A stretch of DNA of 63,023 nucleotides, filler included. It is 3 parts of 3 records of this genome, joined end to end, with 100 filler letters (N's around TTAATTAATTAA, not from the genome) between each part and the next. Parts side by side here need not be neighbours in the genome. Positions count along the whole stretch, not along the records: positions 1 to 20,726 come from SRR20825019_244; 2 more parts are not named here. The stretch is one strand, 5' to 3'. Both the position numbers and the translations under genes were made by a program. The notes beneath the pieces were generated by a model. It worked only from the letters and a program-made list of their open reading frames with translations, searched no databases and was not told the origin of the DNA. Below are positions 9,129-20,024 of the stretch, piece by piece; position 1 is the first letter of the stretch; every line of letters starts with the position of its first letter.

Positions 9129-10739
9129 TTAAGGTGCGACAATACTCATCATTTCTGCCGCTGCTATAGCCCCATAGGTACCTAATGCATAGCCTAGAAC
9201 GGCTAATAGCGCACCAACAGAGGCCAATGACGGATGAAACGCCGCAGCTACAATTGGCGCAGATGCAGCACCTCCAACATTCGCTTTTGATCCAACAGCC
9301 ACAAAGAAAAACGGTGCTTTAATAATTTTAGCGACGACAAATAGGATAATTACATGCACCAACATCCAAATTATTCCAACTAAGATTAATTGGGGTTCCT
9401 TTACTGCTTCTGCAAGTTCCATTTTCATTCCAATGGTCGCTACGAGGATATAAATGAACACACTTCCGATTTTTGAAGCTCCTGCTCCTTCGTACTTTCT
9501 CAGCTTGGTGATGGACAGCAATAAGCCTCCCGTAGTAGCAATTACTACCAACCAGAAGAATGAACTTCCGAAAGGAGATTCTTCATCAAACAGAGAAGCC
9601 AATTTCTCGCCACCAAAATGCCCTAGAGCGACGATGCTGAATGTTATCCCTAAAATCACCATATAGTCGGTTAGTGTGGCTACTTTCGCGTTAGACGCTT
9701 GATAATCGCCTACCCGCTTCTTTAAATCTTCAATAGAACTTGTATCTGCTTTGAGCCATTTATCAAATTTTTCCGCACGCGCAGCGCCCCATAACAAAAA
9801 GGCCATCCACAAGTTTGCAACAACTATATCAACAGTCACCATTTTACCGTACAAATCAGGATTGTATTTATATGTTTCGAGCATCGCTGCTTGATTCGCT
9901 CCACCACCAATCCAGCTTCCTGCTAGTGTAGAGAAACCTCTCCAAGCCGCATCATTCCCTATTCCTCCAACAACAGATGGGTCGATCCAGGAATACACGA
10001 GGATTGCAATGGGGCCACCAATAATTATCCCAAAAGTTGCCGTTAAAAACATGATCAATGCTTTTGGTCCTAGATTTATGATTCCTTTGAAGTCAATTCC
10101 GAGCGTCATTAAAATCAATGCTCCTGGAAGTAAATAATCTTTTGCCATTCCATAGAGGCTTGAGTAGTCTTTGGAAATCAAACCAAAAAGATCAAGGATT
10201 GCTGGAATCAAATAGCAGAGCAACAGCGACGGCACAATCACATAAAACGTTCTCCAAAACTTGGTTTGCTTGTGCGAAGTATAGAAGATAAGTGCGAGAA
10301 TCAACGCTAACAACCCAAAAACAATGGTATCCGAAGTAAACGTAGGTTTGTTTCTTCTCTCCACACTTAACTCGAGGGCTTTACTGTCAGAGGAAATAAA
10401 CGAAAGCGTATCATTCCCTTGAAACATTTCTACTTTAATACTTTTCGATTCATCTAAATCACGCAATATAAATGGAGAGAGAATCCACGACGAAAAACGT
10501 ATTTTTCCTACCGAAACAATGACAGAATCCACTTCAGATTTTGGAAGATCCATGGTACTCAAATCGAATAGAATAGTACTTTTCTTTTCGATCACTAATT
10601 TGTCTTGCGAGCTTAGATTCACATACTCTACTTCGCCTGGAACAATCTTGTTGAGTGCGGCACTATCGAGAAATTCAACTCGCTGCGCAAAAGAAGAAAA
10701 AGAGATCGTTAAAATAAAAAGGAATAATACATTTTTCAT
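9129..10739 (-). CDS. DUF819 family membrane protein with an N-terminal extracytoplasmic extension
   Basis: LAGSWIGGGANQAAM and SKANVGGAASAPIVAAAFHPSLA motifs; signal peptide plus ~115 hydrophilic residues before the first TM. Confidence 0.8.
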   Translation of the reverse strand: MKNVLFLFILTISFSSFAQRVEFLDSAALNKIVPGEVEYVNLSSQDKLVIEKKSTILFDLSTMDLPKSEVDSVIVSVGKIRFSSWILSPFILRDLDESKSIKVEMFQGNDTLSFISSDSKALELSVERRNKPTFTSDTIVFGLLALILALIFYTSHKQTKFWRTFYVIVPSLLLCYLIPAILDLFGLISKDYSSLYGMAKDYLLPGALILMTLGIDFKGIINLGPKALIMFLTATFGIIIGGPIAILVYSWIDPSVVGGIGNDAAWRGFSTLAGSWIGGGANQAAMLETYKYNPDLYGKMVTVDIVVANLWMAFLLWGAARAEKFDKWLKADTSSIEDLKKRVGDYQASNAKVATLTDYMVILGITFSIVALGHFGGEKLASLFDEESPFGSSFFWLVVIATTGGLLLSITKLRKYEGAGASKIGSVFIYILVATIGMKMELAEAVKEPQLILVGIIWMLVHVIILFVVAKIIKAPFFFVAVGSKANVGGAASAPIVAAAFHPSLASVGALLAVLGYALGTYGAIAAAEMMSIVAP

Positions 10740-10802
10740 ATCGACAGATTTAAAGCAAAAAAACAGCCCCGAAGCGCTGTTTTTAAAATGGTTAAAACGG
10801 AA

Positions 10803-12596
10803 TTATCTAACTCCGTGCATGAGTTTTTTAATAACTGGTGTCAGTAAAACTGAGATTACCGCCAATCCAACAGAAAGCGCCGTTAAAATCCAAAAGAAAT
10901 AGCTAATTCCATCTTCCTCTGCAATTTTTTCCGATGACTCTCCAAATATACCGGCAACCTTCATTCCGATTGCTACGGCCAAATACCAAATACCGAACAT
11001 CATGGCAATCATTTTACCCGGTACTAATTTACTTACATAGGATAATCCAACTGGAGATATACAAAGCTCACCCATTGTATGGAATAAGTATACCAGTACT
11101 AACCAAACCATACTTACTGATGCCGTTTCAGCACCAGCTTCAATTCCACCAGCTCCGAAAGCAACACAAGCCATACCAATTCCAAGTAACAACATCCCTA
11201 TTCCATACTTCATATTAGCAGAAGGGTTGAATTTACTCTCCCACCATTTAGAAAAAATTGGTGCGAATGCGATAATGAATAAAGAGTTGAGAACACCAAA
11301 CCATGATGCAGGAACTTCGGCAGTATCTTTTTGGAATTCAACAGCAAGCATCCAGATAGCTATAGCCCATATAATAACAAAGCTCAATCCCAAGACAACA
11401 TTTGCCATTGCATACGTTTTAAATGTCTCTTTAAATAACCTAACCAACACCCATGTAATTATTCCCAGGGGAACCAGTGTCATTAAAGAATTGAAAATCT
11501 TAAACGTCATTGCCGAACCACCAATTAGATCTCTATCCGTAAAATCTCTCGCAAAAGTCGTTAAGGTTGTAGGTGACTGTTCAAAAACAGCCCAGAAAAA
11601 CGTCGTAAGTATTGCAAAGAATGTAACAGCAAGCATTTTCTCACGTGTCACTTTTCCATATTGTGTAAGTCTAAAAGCTAGCAGAACAACAAACATTGTC
11701 AATGCAAGAACAATTGTAAATAACGATCCACTCATCCCCAATACTTGAAAATTTAGAACATTCACTCCATAAATTTTCGACGCAGGGTCATTAATAATCC
11801 AAATCAATCCCAAGAAAACCATGACCAAAATCATCACCATCTGCCACATTGGAAATGGTAATGAATCCTTTCCTTCAGAGCCGTCTTCAGCTGTGATTTC
11901 ATTTGATACAGGGCTATCAATAATATTCGTTCTATTTTCTGCAGTTGGTTTTACTTTTTTCTCTGGCTTCAATCCAATTGTTCCAAAAATGTTTTGTGAA
12001 AGCACAAACTGAATCATTCCAAAAAGCATAAACACCCCAGCTAATCCGAAGCCTATACTCCAACCAACTTTTTCACCTAAGTAACCACATAACAAAATTC
12101 CGAGGAACGCTCCAGCGTTTACACCCATGTAAAAAATGGTATATGCACCATCCTTTTTCGCTTGGTGATCTTTGTACATGTGGGAAATGATCGATGTCAT
12201 ATTTGGCTTAAAAAAACCACTCCCAAAAACAAGAAGTCCAAGTCCAAGATAAACCGACCAACCTGTTTCAAAAGCCATTGAGGCATGTCCTAGTGTCATA
12301 AGTACCGCTCCAACCACAACTGATTTTCGATATCCCCAGATATTATCAGCAAAGTAACCACCGAGCATCGTTGAGAGATAAACTAACGCCGTATATGTTC
12401 CAAATAAAGAATATGCATTCTCCGCTGGCCAACCCCAACCAGAATCAGTTATAGATGCAGTAAAAAACATTACCAATAACGCACGCATTCCATAGTAGGA
12501 GAATCGCTCCCACATTTCCGTGAAAAACAATACAAAAAGACCTGAAGGATGCCCTAAAACGGTCGATTTAAACATATCTGAATTCTGAGTTGACAT
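10803..12596 (-). CDS. POT/PTR proton-dependent oligopeptide transporter (MFS)
   Basis: GHPSGLFVLFFTEMWERFSYYGMRA (ExxERFxYY), FYMGVNAG, GELCISPVGLS. Confidence 0.93.
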   Translation of the reverse strand: MSTQNSDMFKSTVLGHPSGLFVLFFTEMWERFSYYGMRALLVMFFTASITDSGWGWPAENAYSLFGTYTALVYLSTMLGGYFADNIWGYRKSVVVGAVLMTLGHASMAFETGWSVYLGLGLLVFGSGFFKPNMTSIISHMYKDHQAKKDGAYTIFYMGVNAGAFLGILLCGYLGEKVGWSIGFGLAGVFMLFGMIQFVLSQNIFGTIGLKPEKKVKPTAENRTNIIDSPVSNEITAEDGSEGKDSLPFPMWQMVMILVMVFLGLIWIINDPASKIYGVNVLNFQVLGMSGSLFTIVLALTMFVVLLAFRLTQYGKVTREKMLAVTFFAILTTFFWAVFEQSPTTLTTFARDFTDRDLIGGSAMTFKIFNSLMTLVPLGIITWVLVRLFKETFKTYAMANVVLGLSFVIIWAIAIWMLAVEFQKDTAEVPASWFGVLNSLFIIAFAPIFSKWWESKFNPSANMKYGIGMLLLGIGMACVAFGAGGIEAGAETASVSMVWLVLVYLFHTMGELCISPVGLSYVSKLVPGKMIAMMFGIWYLAVAIGMKVAGIFGESSEKIAEEDGISYFFWILTALSVGLAVISVLLTPVIKKLMHGVR

Positions 12597-12641
12597 ATTA
12601 CTTGATTTGATTGAGTTCTTGTTTGTTTTAATTTACTATTT

Positions 12642-14204
12642 CTAATTATCCGCTAATTCGAAACCTTCAGCTTCATCATTGATGGTTCCTTCATTGTCTT
12701 CGGCTCCGTGAGTGAGTCGTTTAAGTGGTTTCAATAGTGCAATGACTAGGAAACCGAAAATTACCGTGAACACCGTGATCCCGATAAATATAGTGTACTC
12801 ACCAAGTTTTTCAGATTTTTCACCAATAACGCCTGCTACCTTCCCTCCAAAGCCGGTCGCAGCGAAGTAGACTCCCATCATTAAAGATGCGTACTTCGCA
12901 GGTGCCAATTTTGTGATAAATGATAATGAAACTGGAGAAGAACTTAACTCTCCAATCGTATGAAATAGATATGCCAATACTAACCAAATCATGGAAGAGC
13001 TTCCGTATTTTTCATATTCGCTAGCTGCAAACACCATGAAAACAAAACCTGCTCCCATAATCATTGTTCCAACTGCCATTTTGAATAATGAAGAAGCCTC
13101 TTTATTCTTTAACTTTCTTTTAGCCCAAATATTCGCTATCCAAACGGCTAGCAAAAGAATAAACCCAGCATTTAAGCCTTGGAACATTGGTGTTGGAATC
13201 TCATATCCAAATAAGACGCGATCTGTTTTTTGCTCTGTATAGATTGACATTAGACCTCCAGCCTGCTCGAAAGCTCCCCAGAATACGATGACAATTAAAA
13301 AAGACAGAAGTAATACGATGAAACGATCTTTCATCACTTTAGAATCTAAGTCTTTGTAAACCATCATCATCATTCCAACTACTAAGGAGATGAAAATGAA
13401 AAGTGCGACATATCCCCATCTATCAACGCCCTCCAGAATGAATCCAGAAGAGATTGAAATGATCAATAAAGCAACAACTACCAATAAATTTAACGGTGAA
13501 CTGAGCAAATTTGCGAATAACTTCCCAATAGAAACATCATCGCTCTTTTGCTGAACTGTTGGCTTATTCCCAACCGTTGTTAGGTGTTTCTGTCCGAAAA
13601 TATAAACTAAAAGTCCAAGTAACATCGCGATTCCTGCCATTCCAAAACCAGCATGCCATCCCCAGTAGTAAACGATCACCCCAACAATACTTGTCGCGAT
13701 TAACGAACCTAGGTTAATTCCAATATAGAAAATACTAAATCCTTTGTCTCTTCTAATGTCTCCTGGTTTGTACAAACCACCCACCATCGTTGAGATATTT
13801 GGTTTCAAAAGTCCAACTCCGATGATAATTAACGATAACCCAGTGAAAAATGCCCACATTGCCTCTATTGCCAAAACGCCATGTCCAAGAACTAGAATGC
13901 TGGCTCCCAACATCACGGATTTTTTCTGACCTAACCATTTATCGGCAATTATACCTCCTGGAATAGACATGACATATACAAGCATAACGTACCAACCGTA
14001 GAGTTGTAGAGCTTCTTCCTGTGTCCATCCCAATCCTGCTCCATTTTCATGATCAACTTGGGCAATAATATAGAGTACCAAAATTGCACGCATTCCATAG
14101 TAAGAGAAGCGTTCCCACATTTCAGTGAAAAATAAAACGAACAGCCCTGCTGGGTGTCCTAGAATGTTTTTTATTGGAATCGTACCGTTTTGGAGATCGC
14201 TCAT
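12642..14204 (-). CDS. POT/PTR proton-dependent oligopeptide transporter (MFS), second paralog
   Basis: EMWERFSYYGMRA, FYIGINLGS, GELSSSPVSLS. Confidence 0.93.
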   Translation of the reverse strand: MSDLQNGTIPIKNILGHPAGLFVLFFTEMWERFSYYGMRAILVLYIIAQVDHENGAGLGWTQEEALQLYGWYVMLVYVMSIPGGIIADKWLGQKKSVMLGASILVLGHGVLAIEAMWAFFTGLSLIIIGVGLLKPNISTMVGGLYKPGDIRRDKGFSIFYIGINLGSLIATSIVGVIVYYWGWHAGFGMAGIAMLLGLLVYIFGQKHLTTVGNKPTVQQKSDDVSIGKLFANLLSSPLNLLVVVALLIISISSGFILEGVDRWGYVALFIFISLVVGMMMMVYKDLDSKVMKDRFIVLLLSFLIVIVFWGAFEQAGGLMSIYTEQKTDRVLFGYEIPTPMFQGLNAGFILLLAVWIANIWAKRKLKNKEASSLFKMAVGTMIMGAGFVFMVFAASEYEKYGSSSMIWLVLAYLFHTIGELSSSPVSLSFITKLAPAKYASLMMGVYFAATGFGGKVAGVIGEKSEKLGEYTIFIGITVFTVIFGFLVIALLKPLKRLTHGAEDNEGTINDEAEGFELADN

Positions 14205-14351
14205 AAGGAATATTTAGATTCGTGAAAATAGTAAAAAATTGTAACCCGCATCATAATTGTACGTTTGATCAGTAAATAATGAAAACTTCCATAGTTTGCG
14301 AACTAAATCATTTTAGGTTGAGAAGGTATCCTTTGATTCTTGCGAAACGAC

Positions 14352-14359
14352 TATATTTG
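14352..14359 (+). promoter_or_regulatory. Bacteroidetes -7 promoter element for the aminopeptidase
   Basis: TATATTTG (TAnnTTTG) with TTTG ~20 nt upstream; supports the 14384 start. Confidence 0.6.
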
Positions 14360-14383
14360 CGCAACTATTTTTTTGAGCAGTTA

Positions 14384-16285
14384 ATGAACTACAAACTAGT
14401 CTATTTTTTACCGCTCTTGCTTTTCATAGCAGGATGCGCGACAAAATCGAATTCTCCCATCGATTCGAGTGAAAATCTTATCTCATCCAATGATGTCCAT
14501 TCCTTTGCTAATGTAAATGAAATCAGAACGACGCATCTTCATTTGGATTTAGAGGTCAACTTTGAAAATAAAACGGTCTATGGCGTTGCTCGTCATAAAA
14601 TGTCTAATCACAAGGTAGACACCGCCATTTTTGATGTAAAAAAACTGAATATTTCTCGTGTGACATTAGGCGGTAAAGATGAAATTGAAACTGATTTCGT
14701 ACTTGGCGAAGAGGATGACATTTTAGGCAGACCGCTTTGCGTGAAAATTACTGAGGAAACTGAGTACATTAATATATACTATCAAACAACTGAAGAAACA
14801 GAGGCGATTGATTGGTTACCGGCTGAGTTGACATCAGGGAAGAAGTTTCCGTTCATGTATTCGCAAGGACAAGCAATTCTTACCCGTTCATGGATTCCGT
14901 TGCAGGATACTCCACTGAATAGAATCACGTATTCGGCAGATGTGAAGGTGCCAAATGGGTTGTTGCCTGTTATGAGTGCTTCAAATCCGACAAAACTCAA
15001 CGATACGGGGCAATACCACTTTGAAATGAAGCAGCGAATTCCTGCCTATTTGATCGCAATAGCGGTTGGGAATTTGACCTATACTCCCTTGAGTAAAAAC
15101 TCGGGTGTTTATTCTGAGCCTGAATTGGCAAAAGAATGTGCTTATGAGTTTGTAGATCTTCCAAAGATGATTAGAGCGGCTGAATCGCTTTATGGTGAAT
15201 ATCGTTGGGAGCAATTTGACATGATTATCCTTCCATATTCTTTTCCTTTTGGAGGAATGGAAAATCCACGACTTACGTTTGCGAATCCAACGCTATTGGC
15301 TGGAGACCGCAGCATGGTTGCCGTTGTTGCTCACGAGCTAGCTCATTCTTGGTCTGGAAACTTGGTAACAAACGCTACTTGGGATGATTTTTGGCTTAAC
15401 GAAGGATTTACTGTGTACTTTGAGACACGCATCATGGAGAAAATCTATGGTAAGGAGGTTTCAGATATTCACAATGTGATCCAACGCCAAGAATTAGATG
15501 TTGCGCTAAATGACTTAGAAAATAGCAAGCATCCGGAAGACACACATTTGAAATTAGACCTTGAAGAACGAAATCCTGATGAGGGAATGACGGACATCGC
15601 CTATACGAAAGGTGCTTATTTCTTACGCACGATAGAATCTGTAGTTGGAAGAAAAAAATTCGATGCGTTTTTGAGAAACTATTTTGATCAACATGCTTTT
15701 GAAACGATTACCACGGAAAGTTTTGTCACGTACTTGAATAAAGAGCTTTTTGAACCGAACGACATTCAATTCAATACTGACGAATGGATTTATCAGCCTG
15801 GAATTCCAGACAACTGCGTTACTTTTCATTCGGATCGCCTAGATCGTATGAAAGCACTCGCTGACAATATCAACAAGGGTGATGAGATTTTCGTAGGAAA
15901 AGATGCTAAAATGAAGCGTGAGGACTATACAACGCAAGAATGGCAAGCATTTATTCGTGGTTTATCTCTCTCCTTAACTCCAGCAGACTTGAAAATGATC
16001 GACGATCAATTGCATTTTAGTTCAGAATCAAATGCTGCATTGAAATCTGAATGGTTTCAGCTAGCGATTAAAGTAGGATACACTGAAATCCGTCCTGAAA
16101 TGCAGGCTCACCTCACGAAAATCGGTCGTAGATGGTTTATCGAAGGAATCTATCAAGAATTAAAAGACTCAAAAAATCCTGACGACTTAAAATGGGCTCA
16201 AGAGGTCTTTTCAAAGGCGAAAAATAATTATCATTTTGTTTCTAGGTCGACGATTCAGGAGATTTTATATCCGAAGGGGGCGTAG
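14384..16285 (+). CDS. M1 family aminopeptidase (leukotriene A4 hydrolase-like), lipoprotein
   Basis: GGMEN exopeptidase motif, HELAH-x18-E zinc motif. Start moved to MNYKLVYF... because it gives a lipobox (IAGC) and lies just after the -7 element. Confidence 0.92.
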   Translation: MNYKLVYFLPLLLFIAGCATKSNSPIDSSENLISSNDVHSFANVNEIRTTHLHLDLEVNFENKTVYGVARHKMSNHKVDTAIFDVKKLNISRVTLGGKDEIETDFVLGEEDDILGRPLCVKITEETEYINIYYQTTEETEAIDWLPAELTSGKKFPFMYSQGQAILTRSWIPLQDTPLNRITYSADVKVPNGLLPVMSASNPTKLNDTGQYHFEMKQRIPAYLIAIAVGNLTYTPLSKNSGVYSEPELAKECAYEFVDLPKMIRAAESLYGEYRWEQFDMIILPYSFPFGGMENPRLTFANPTLLAGDRSMVAVVAHELAHSWSGNLVTNATWDDFWLNEGFTVYFETRIMEKIYGKEVSDIHNVIQRQELDVALNDLENSKHPEDTHLKLDLEERNPDEGMTDIAYTKGAYFLRTIESVVGRKKFDAFLRNYFDQHAFETITTESFVTYLNKELFEPNDIQFNTDEWIYQPGIPDNCVTFHSDRLDRMKALADNINKGDEIFVGKDAKMKREDYTTQEWQAFIRGLSLSLTPADLKMIDDQLHFSSESNAALKSEWFQLAIKVGYTEIRPEMQAHLTKIGRRWFIEGIYQELKDSKNPDDLKWAQEVFSKAKNNYHFVSRSTIQEILYPKGA

Positions 16286-16288
16286 TTA

Positions 16289-16401
16289 GACTGGAAGACA
16301 TAAGACTAAAAGACGAAGGACTGGAAGACTTTAAGACATAGGATTTAAAGACGAAGGACTGAAAGACAAAAGACTAAAGACTAAAAGACGAAGGACTGGA
16401 A
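16289..16401. repeat. Degenerate 7-8 bp tandem microrepeat (GAC-N4/5, ~15 units)
   Basis: GACTGGAA GACATAA GACTAAAA GACGAAG GACTGGAA GACTTTAA GACATAG GATTTAAA GACGAAG GACTGAAA GACAAAA GACTAAA GACTAAAA GACGAAG GACTGGAA. Confidence 0.85.
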
Positions 16402-16437
16402 TATTCAAGTGGATTTCGGATGGAGGTTTGGGGCATG

Positions 16438-16461
16438 AAAAAAGGGAGACAAGCTCCCTTA
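16438..16461 (-). terminator. Intrinsic terminator of the valS operon
   Basis: Minus strand reads AAGGGAG-CTTGT-CTCCCTTTTTT. Confidence 0.7.
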
Positions 16462-16486
16462 AGTTTAATATCTAGATACGTAAAGT

Positions 16487-17140
16487 TTAACCTCTTCTTC
16501 GTTCGAGCAGTGACATCATCATTAACGCGAGAAGCATTCGTTCATTCTCTCCGTCTTTCACATCGATCTCCCCTATTTTCTCTAACTTAAATCGTCGGCC
16601 GAAAAAGGATTTTTCCTTCGACAATCGAGCAACAAGGGTTCCGTCTTGTCTTTTAACCGTATATCTTGGATTAAACATGTAACCTGTAAACATTCCAACG
16701 ACAGGAATTTCGCTCATCAGTGCATCAAAAAACTTTGCCCAAGGATTCTCTTCTTGAATCAAAAATTCTTGCTTATTGCTGGCGTCCATGACTTCGTAGT
16801 GTGCTTTTAGAATCGACTTTGCGCCTCTTCTACCAACACTTCCCACTTTTTGCTCTGCTGCATTTGTAAACGCATAATTCGCATTAAAGTCAATCACACG
16901 ATCGGCGTTAATTTTGAACAATACTTCTTGCTTCGATTCATTCGAGAAAACAGAAATTGCCTCTTTGAATTTGAACATCTTTTGACGAACATATCCAAGA
17001 ACGTTTCCTTGAGCATCTCTTGCGGTGAAGTCATTTGCGAGACTTGAGATTTTAAAATCAAAAGTCAACGGATAACTAAAATCGCGCATGCTTACGTCAG
17101 CGGGATTTGAGAAATTTTGATCTAATATTTCGTTAGACAT
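16487..17140 (-). CDS. LURP-one/scramblase (Tubby C-terminal-like) family protein
   Basis: YVRQKMFKFKEAI, IQEENPWAK, NPRYTV, KEKSFFGRRF and ERRRG C-terminus; immediately downstream of valS. Confidence 0.6.
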   Translation of the reverse strand: MSNEILDQNFSNPADVSMRDFSYPLTFDFKISSLANDFTARDAQGNVLGYVRQKMFKFKEAISVFSNESKQEVLFKINADRVIDFNANYAFTNAAEQKVGSVGRRGAKSILKAHYEVMDASNKQEFLIQEENPWAKFFDALMSEIPVVGMFTGYMFNPRYTVKRQDGTLVARLSKEKSFFGRRFKLEKIGEIDVKDGENERMLLALMMMSLLERRRG

Positions 17141-17146
17141 ATAGTT

Positions 17147-19777
17147 TTAGTTTAGTGATACTAGCTTTTCCTGAAGAATTTGAATCTTCGCAAGAGCATC
17201 GGATTCTTTCTTTCGTTCGATAGCAACTACCTGTTCAGGCGCGCTTTGAACGAATTTCTCATTCTGGAGTTTTTTCTGAACCGATTTCAAAAATCCTTCA
17301 TTGTATTCAAGCTCCTGAGTGATTTTTTCTTTCTCCGCCTCAACATCAATCGAATCTCCGAAGGGAACAAAATACTCATTTCCATCAACTATGAAACTAT
17401 TTGAATTCTCTACTTTATCGGCTACATAATCCAAATGAGAAAGATTCCCCATTTTTACGATTACCGAATCCAAATCAGTTGCTATTTCCGTGTTTTTCTT
17501 AACGAACAATTCAAGTTTCACTTTCGTTGCAATATTGTTCAATTTACGAACATTTCGAACGTTTGTGATCACCTCTGTGCATTTCTCAAACTGCGTCAAG
17601 ATATTTTTATCGTGCGATTTCACTTCGGGCCAAGAAGCAACAATGATGTCTTCACCTTCTGCTCTACTTCTCAGTAAATGCCACAATTCTTCCGCAATAA
17701 ACGGTGTAAATGGCTGAGTAATTCGCAAGATATCTTCGAAAAACAAAATCGTTTGTTCAAGTGTTTTTGCATCAATTGGGTGCTGATACCCCGGTTTGAT
17801 CATCTCCAAATACCAACCACAGAATTCATCCCAAACAAGCTTGTAGATCGCCATCAAAGCTTCGGAAATCTTAAACTTATCGAACAAATCGTTGATAATC
17901 ACCAATTGCTCGTTGAATTTCGCTTCAAACCATTCTATTGCTTTTACAGATGATGCTGGTTGTGGCAAATCCTGCTGAACAGTCCATGAATTCACCAAAC
18001 GGAAGGCATTCCACACTTTATTTGAGAAGTTTCTTCCTTGCTCGCACTGTGAACTATCAAACGGTAAATCATTTCCTGCTGGAGATGAAATCAAGATTCC
18101 TAAACGAACGCCGTCTGCTCCGTATTTATTGATCAAGTCAATTGGATCTGGAGAATTCCCTAGTTGTTTAGACATTTTTCGTCCAAGTTTATCTCGAACG
18201 ATTCCTGTATAGTAAACGTTTTTAAAAGGAATTTCACCAGTGTATTCGTATCCCGCGATGATCATTCGAGCTACCCAAAAGAACATAATCTCTGGTGCAG
18301 TAACTAAATCATTTGTTGGATAATAGTATTTAATCTCTTCATTCTCAGGCTGAGTCAACCCGTTAAATACAGAAATCGGCCATAACCAACTTGAGAACCA
18401 AGTGTCTAACACGTCCTCATCTTGGCGTAATTGGCTTGCTTCCACTGGCGCATTTACCTTCGCTGAAGCTAACTCTATCGCTTCTTCCAATGTTTTCGCA
18501 ATTACGTACTCGTCGTGCCCAGTCCCGTAATACCACGCTGGAATTCTATGTCCCCACCAAAGTTGGCGAGAAATACACCAATCTTTGATGTTCTCCATCC
18601 AGTGACGGTATGTATTTTTGAATTTATCCGGATGAAACTGGATATTTCCGTTCATTACGTTTTCCAACGCTGGAGCAGAAATTTCTTTCATATCAACGAA
18701 CCACTGCAATGATAGCTTTGGTTCAATAACAGCACTTGTACGCTCAGAATATCCCACTTTGTTAATGTGATCTTCCGTTTTTATCAAATACCCTTTATCG
18801 TAAAGTTCCTTTTCAATTGATTTTCTAACTGCGAAACGATCTTGTCCTTCGTAATGCAAACCATGTGCATTCAAAGTCCCGTTATCGTTTAAGATATCGA
18901 TTGTTTCCAGCGAATGTTTCTTTCCGAGATCGTAATCGTTTGTATCGTGCGCAGGCGTTACTTTCAAACATCCTGTTCCGAATTCCATATCTACGTATTC
19001 ATCGAGAATAATTGGAATTGTTCTATTCGAAATTGGAACGATCGCTTGCTTTCCATGTAAATGGTTAAAACGTTTATCATTTGGATTAATGCAAATCGCA
19101 GTATCACCCAAAATTGTTTCAGGTCGCGTTGTAGCAATCACCAACCATTCGTCATCCGAACCAGCGATTTTATAGCGAATATTGAATAGTTTCGAATTGA
19201 CTTCTTTGTAAAGAACTTCTTCATCCGAAACGGCAGTAAGCGCCTCTGGATCCCAGTTCACCATGCGTAATCCACGGTAAATTTTACCTTTCTTATATAG
19301 GTCGATGAACACGTTGATTACCGATTCAGAATACTCTGGATCCATTGTAAAACTTGTTCTTTCCCAATCGCATGATGCACCTAGTTTTTTTAATTGCTCT
19401 AGGATAATTCCACCGTGCTTTTCTTTCCATTCGAATGCGTGACTTAAAAACTCATCTCTCGTAAGGTCCGATTTTTTAATTCCTTCGTTTCTCAGTTTCT
19501 GAACAACCTTCGCTTCCGTAGCAATAGAAGCATGATCGGTTCCAGGAACCCAGCACGCATTTTTCCCTTGCATTCGCGCACGACGCACCAAAACATCTTG
19601 AATTGTATTATTGAGCATGTGTCCCATGTGAAGCACACCCGTGACGTTCGGTGGAGGAATAACGACCGTATATGCCTCACGATCATCAGGTTCAGAATGG
19701 AAATAACCTTTCTCCATCCAGTGTTTATACCATTTTTCCTCTGCCTCCTGCGGCTCGTACGTCTTTGGAATCTCCAT
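17147..19777 (-). CDS. valS: Valine--tRNA ligase
   Basis: [13 protein letters not shown] (HIGH), [24 protein letters not shown]-terminal coiled coil. Confidence 0.98.
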   Translation of the reverse strand: MEIPKTYEPQEAEEKWYKHWMEKGYFHSEPDDREAYTVVIPPPNVTGVLHMGHMLNNTIQDVLVRRARMQGKNACWVPGTDHASIATEAKVVQKLRNEGIKKSDLTRDEFLSHAFEWKEKHGGIILEQLKKLGASCDWERTSFTMDPEYSESVINVFIDLYKKGKIYRGLRMVNWDPEALTAVSDEEVLYKEVNSKLFNIRYKIAGSDDEWLVIATTRPETILGDTAICINPNDKRFNHLHGKQAIVPISNRTIPIILDEYVDMEFGTGCLKVTPAHDTNDYDLGKKHSLETIDILNDNGTLNAHGLHYEGQDRFAVRKSIEKELYDKGYLIKTEDHINKVGYSERTSAVIEPKLSLQWFVDMKEISAPALENVMNGNIQFHPDKFKNTYRHWMENIKDWCISRQLWWGHRIPAWYYGTGHDEYVIAKTLEEAIELASAKVNAPVEASQLRQDEDVLDTWFSSWLWPISVFNGLTQPENEEIKYYYPTNDLVTAPEIMFFWVARMIIAGYEYTGEIPFKNVYYTGIVRDKLGRKMSKQLGNSPDPIDLINKYGADGVRLGILISSPAGNDLPFDSSQCEQGRNFSNKVWNAFRLVNSWTVQQDLPQPASSVKAIEWFEAKFNEQLVIINDLFDKFKISEALMAIYKLVWDEFCGWYLEMIKPGYQHPIDAKTLEQTILFFEDILRITQPFTPFIAEELWHLLRSRAEGEDIIVASWPEVKSHDKNILTQFEKCTEVITNVRNVRKLNNIATKVKLELFVKKNTEIATDLDSVIVKMGNLSHLDYVADKVENSNSFIVDGNEYFVPFGDSIDVEAEKEKITQELEYNEGFLKSVQKKLQNEKFVQSAPEQVVAIERKKESDALAKIQILQEKLVSLN

Positions 19778-19793
19778 GAAAATTTAATTTTTG

Positions 19794-19801
19794 CAAAATT
19801 A
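19794..19801 (-). promoter_or_regulatory. Bacteroidetes -7 promoter element for valS
   Basis: TAATTTTG on the minus strand, 16 nt upstream of the ATG. Confidence 0.6.
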
Positions 19802-20024
19802 GTAAATCCTAGGCAGAATCGACTATTTAGTATGACGTGATATTGGCGATGAGTGGAAAAATTTCGAGAATGACATCTTTTCTAAGTATGGGACACACTA
19901 AAATGGACGATAAAGGAACATTTAAACGGAGAAAAGCGTATTTTAGAAAGGTTAATCTAACTGATCTCACAGTAATTAATTCATTTAACTAATTTACTAA
20001 CCCAAATCAGTGCAATAGACAATT

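Noticed and set aside
16289-16401. Possible CRISPR array
   Set aside because: Units are 7-8 bp with no unique spacers, and there are no cas genes.
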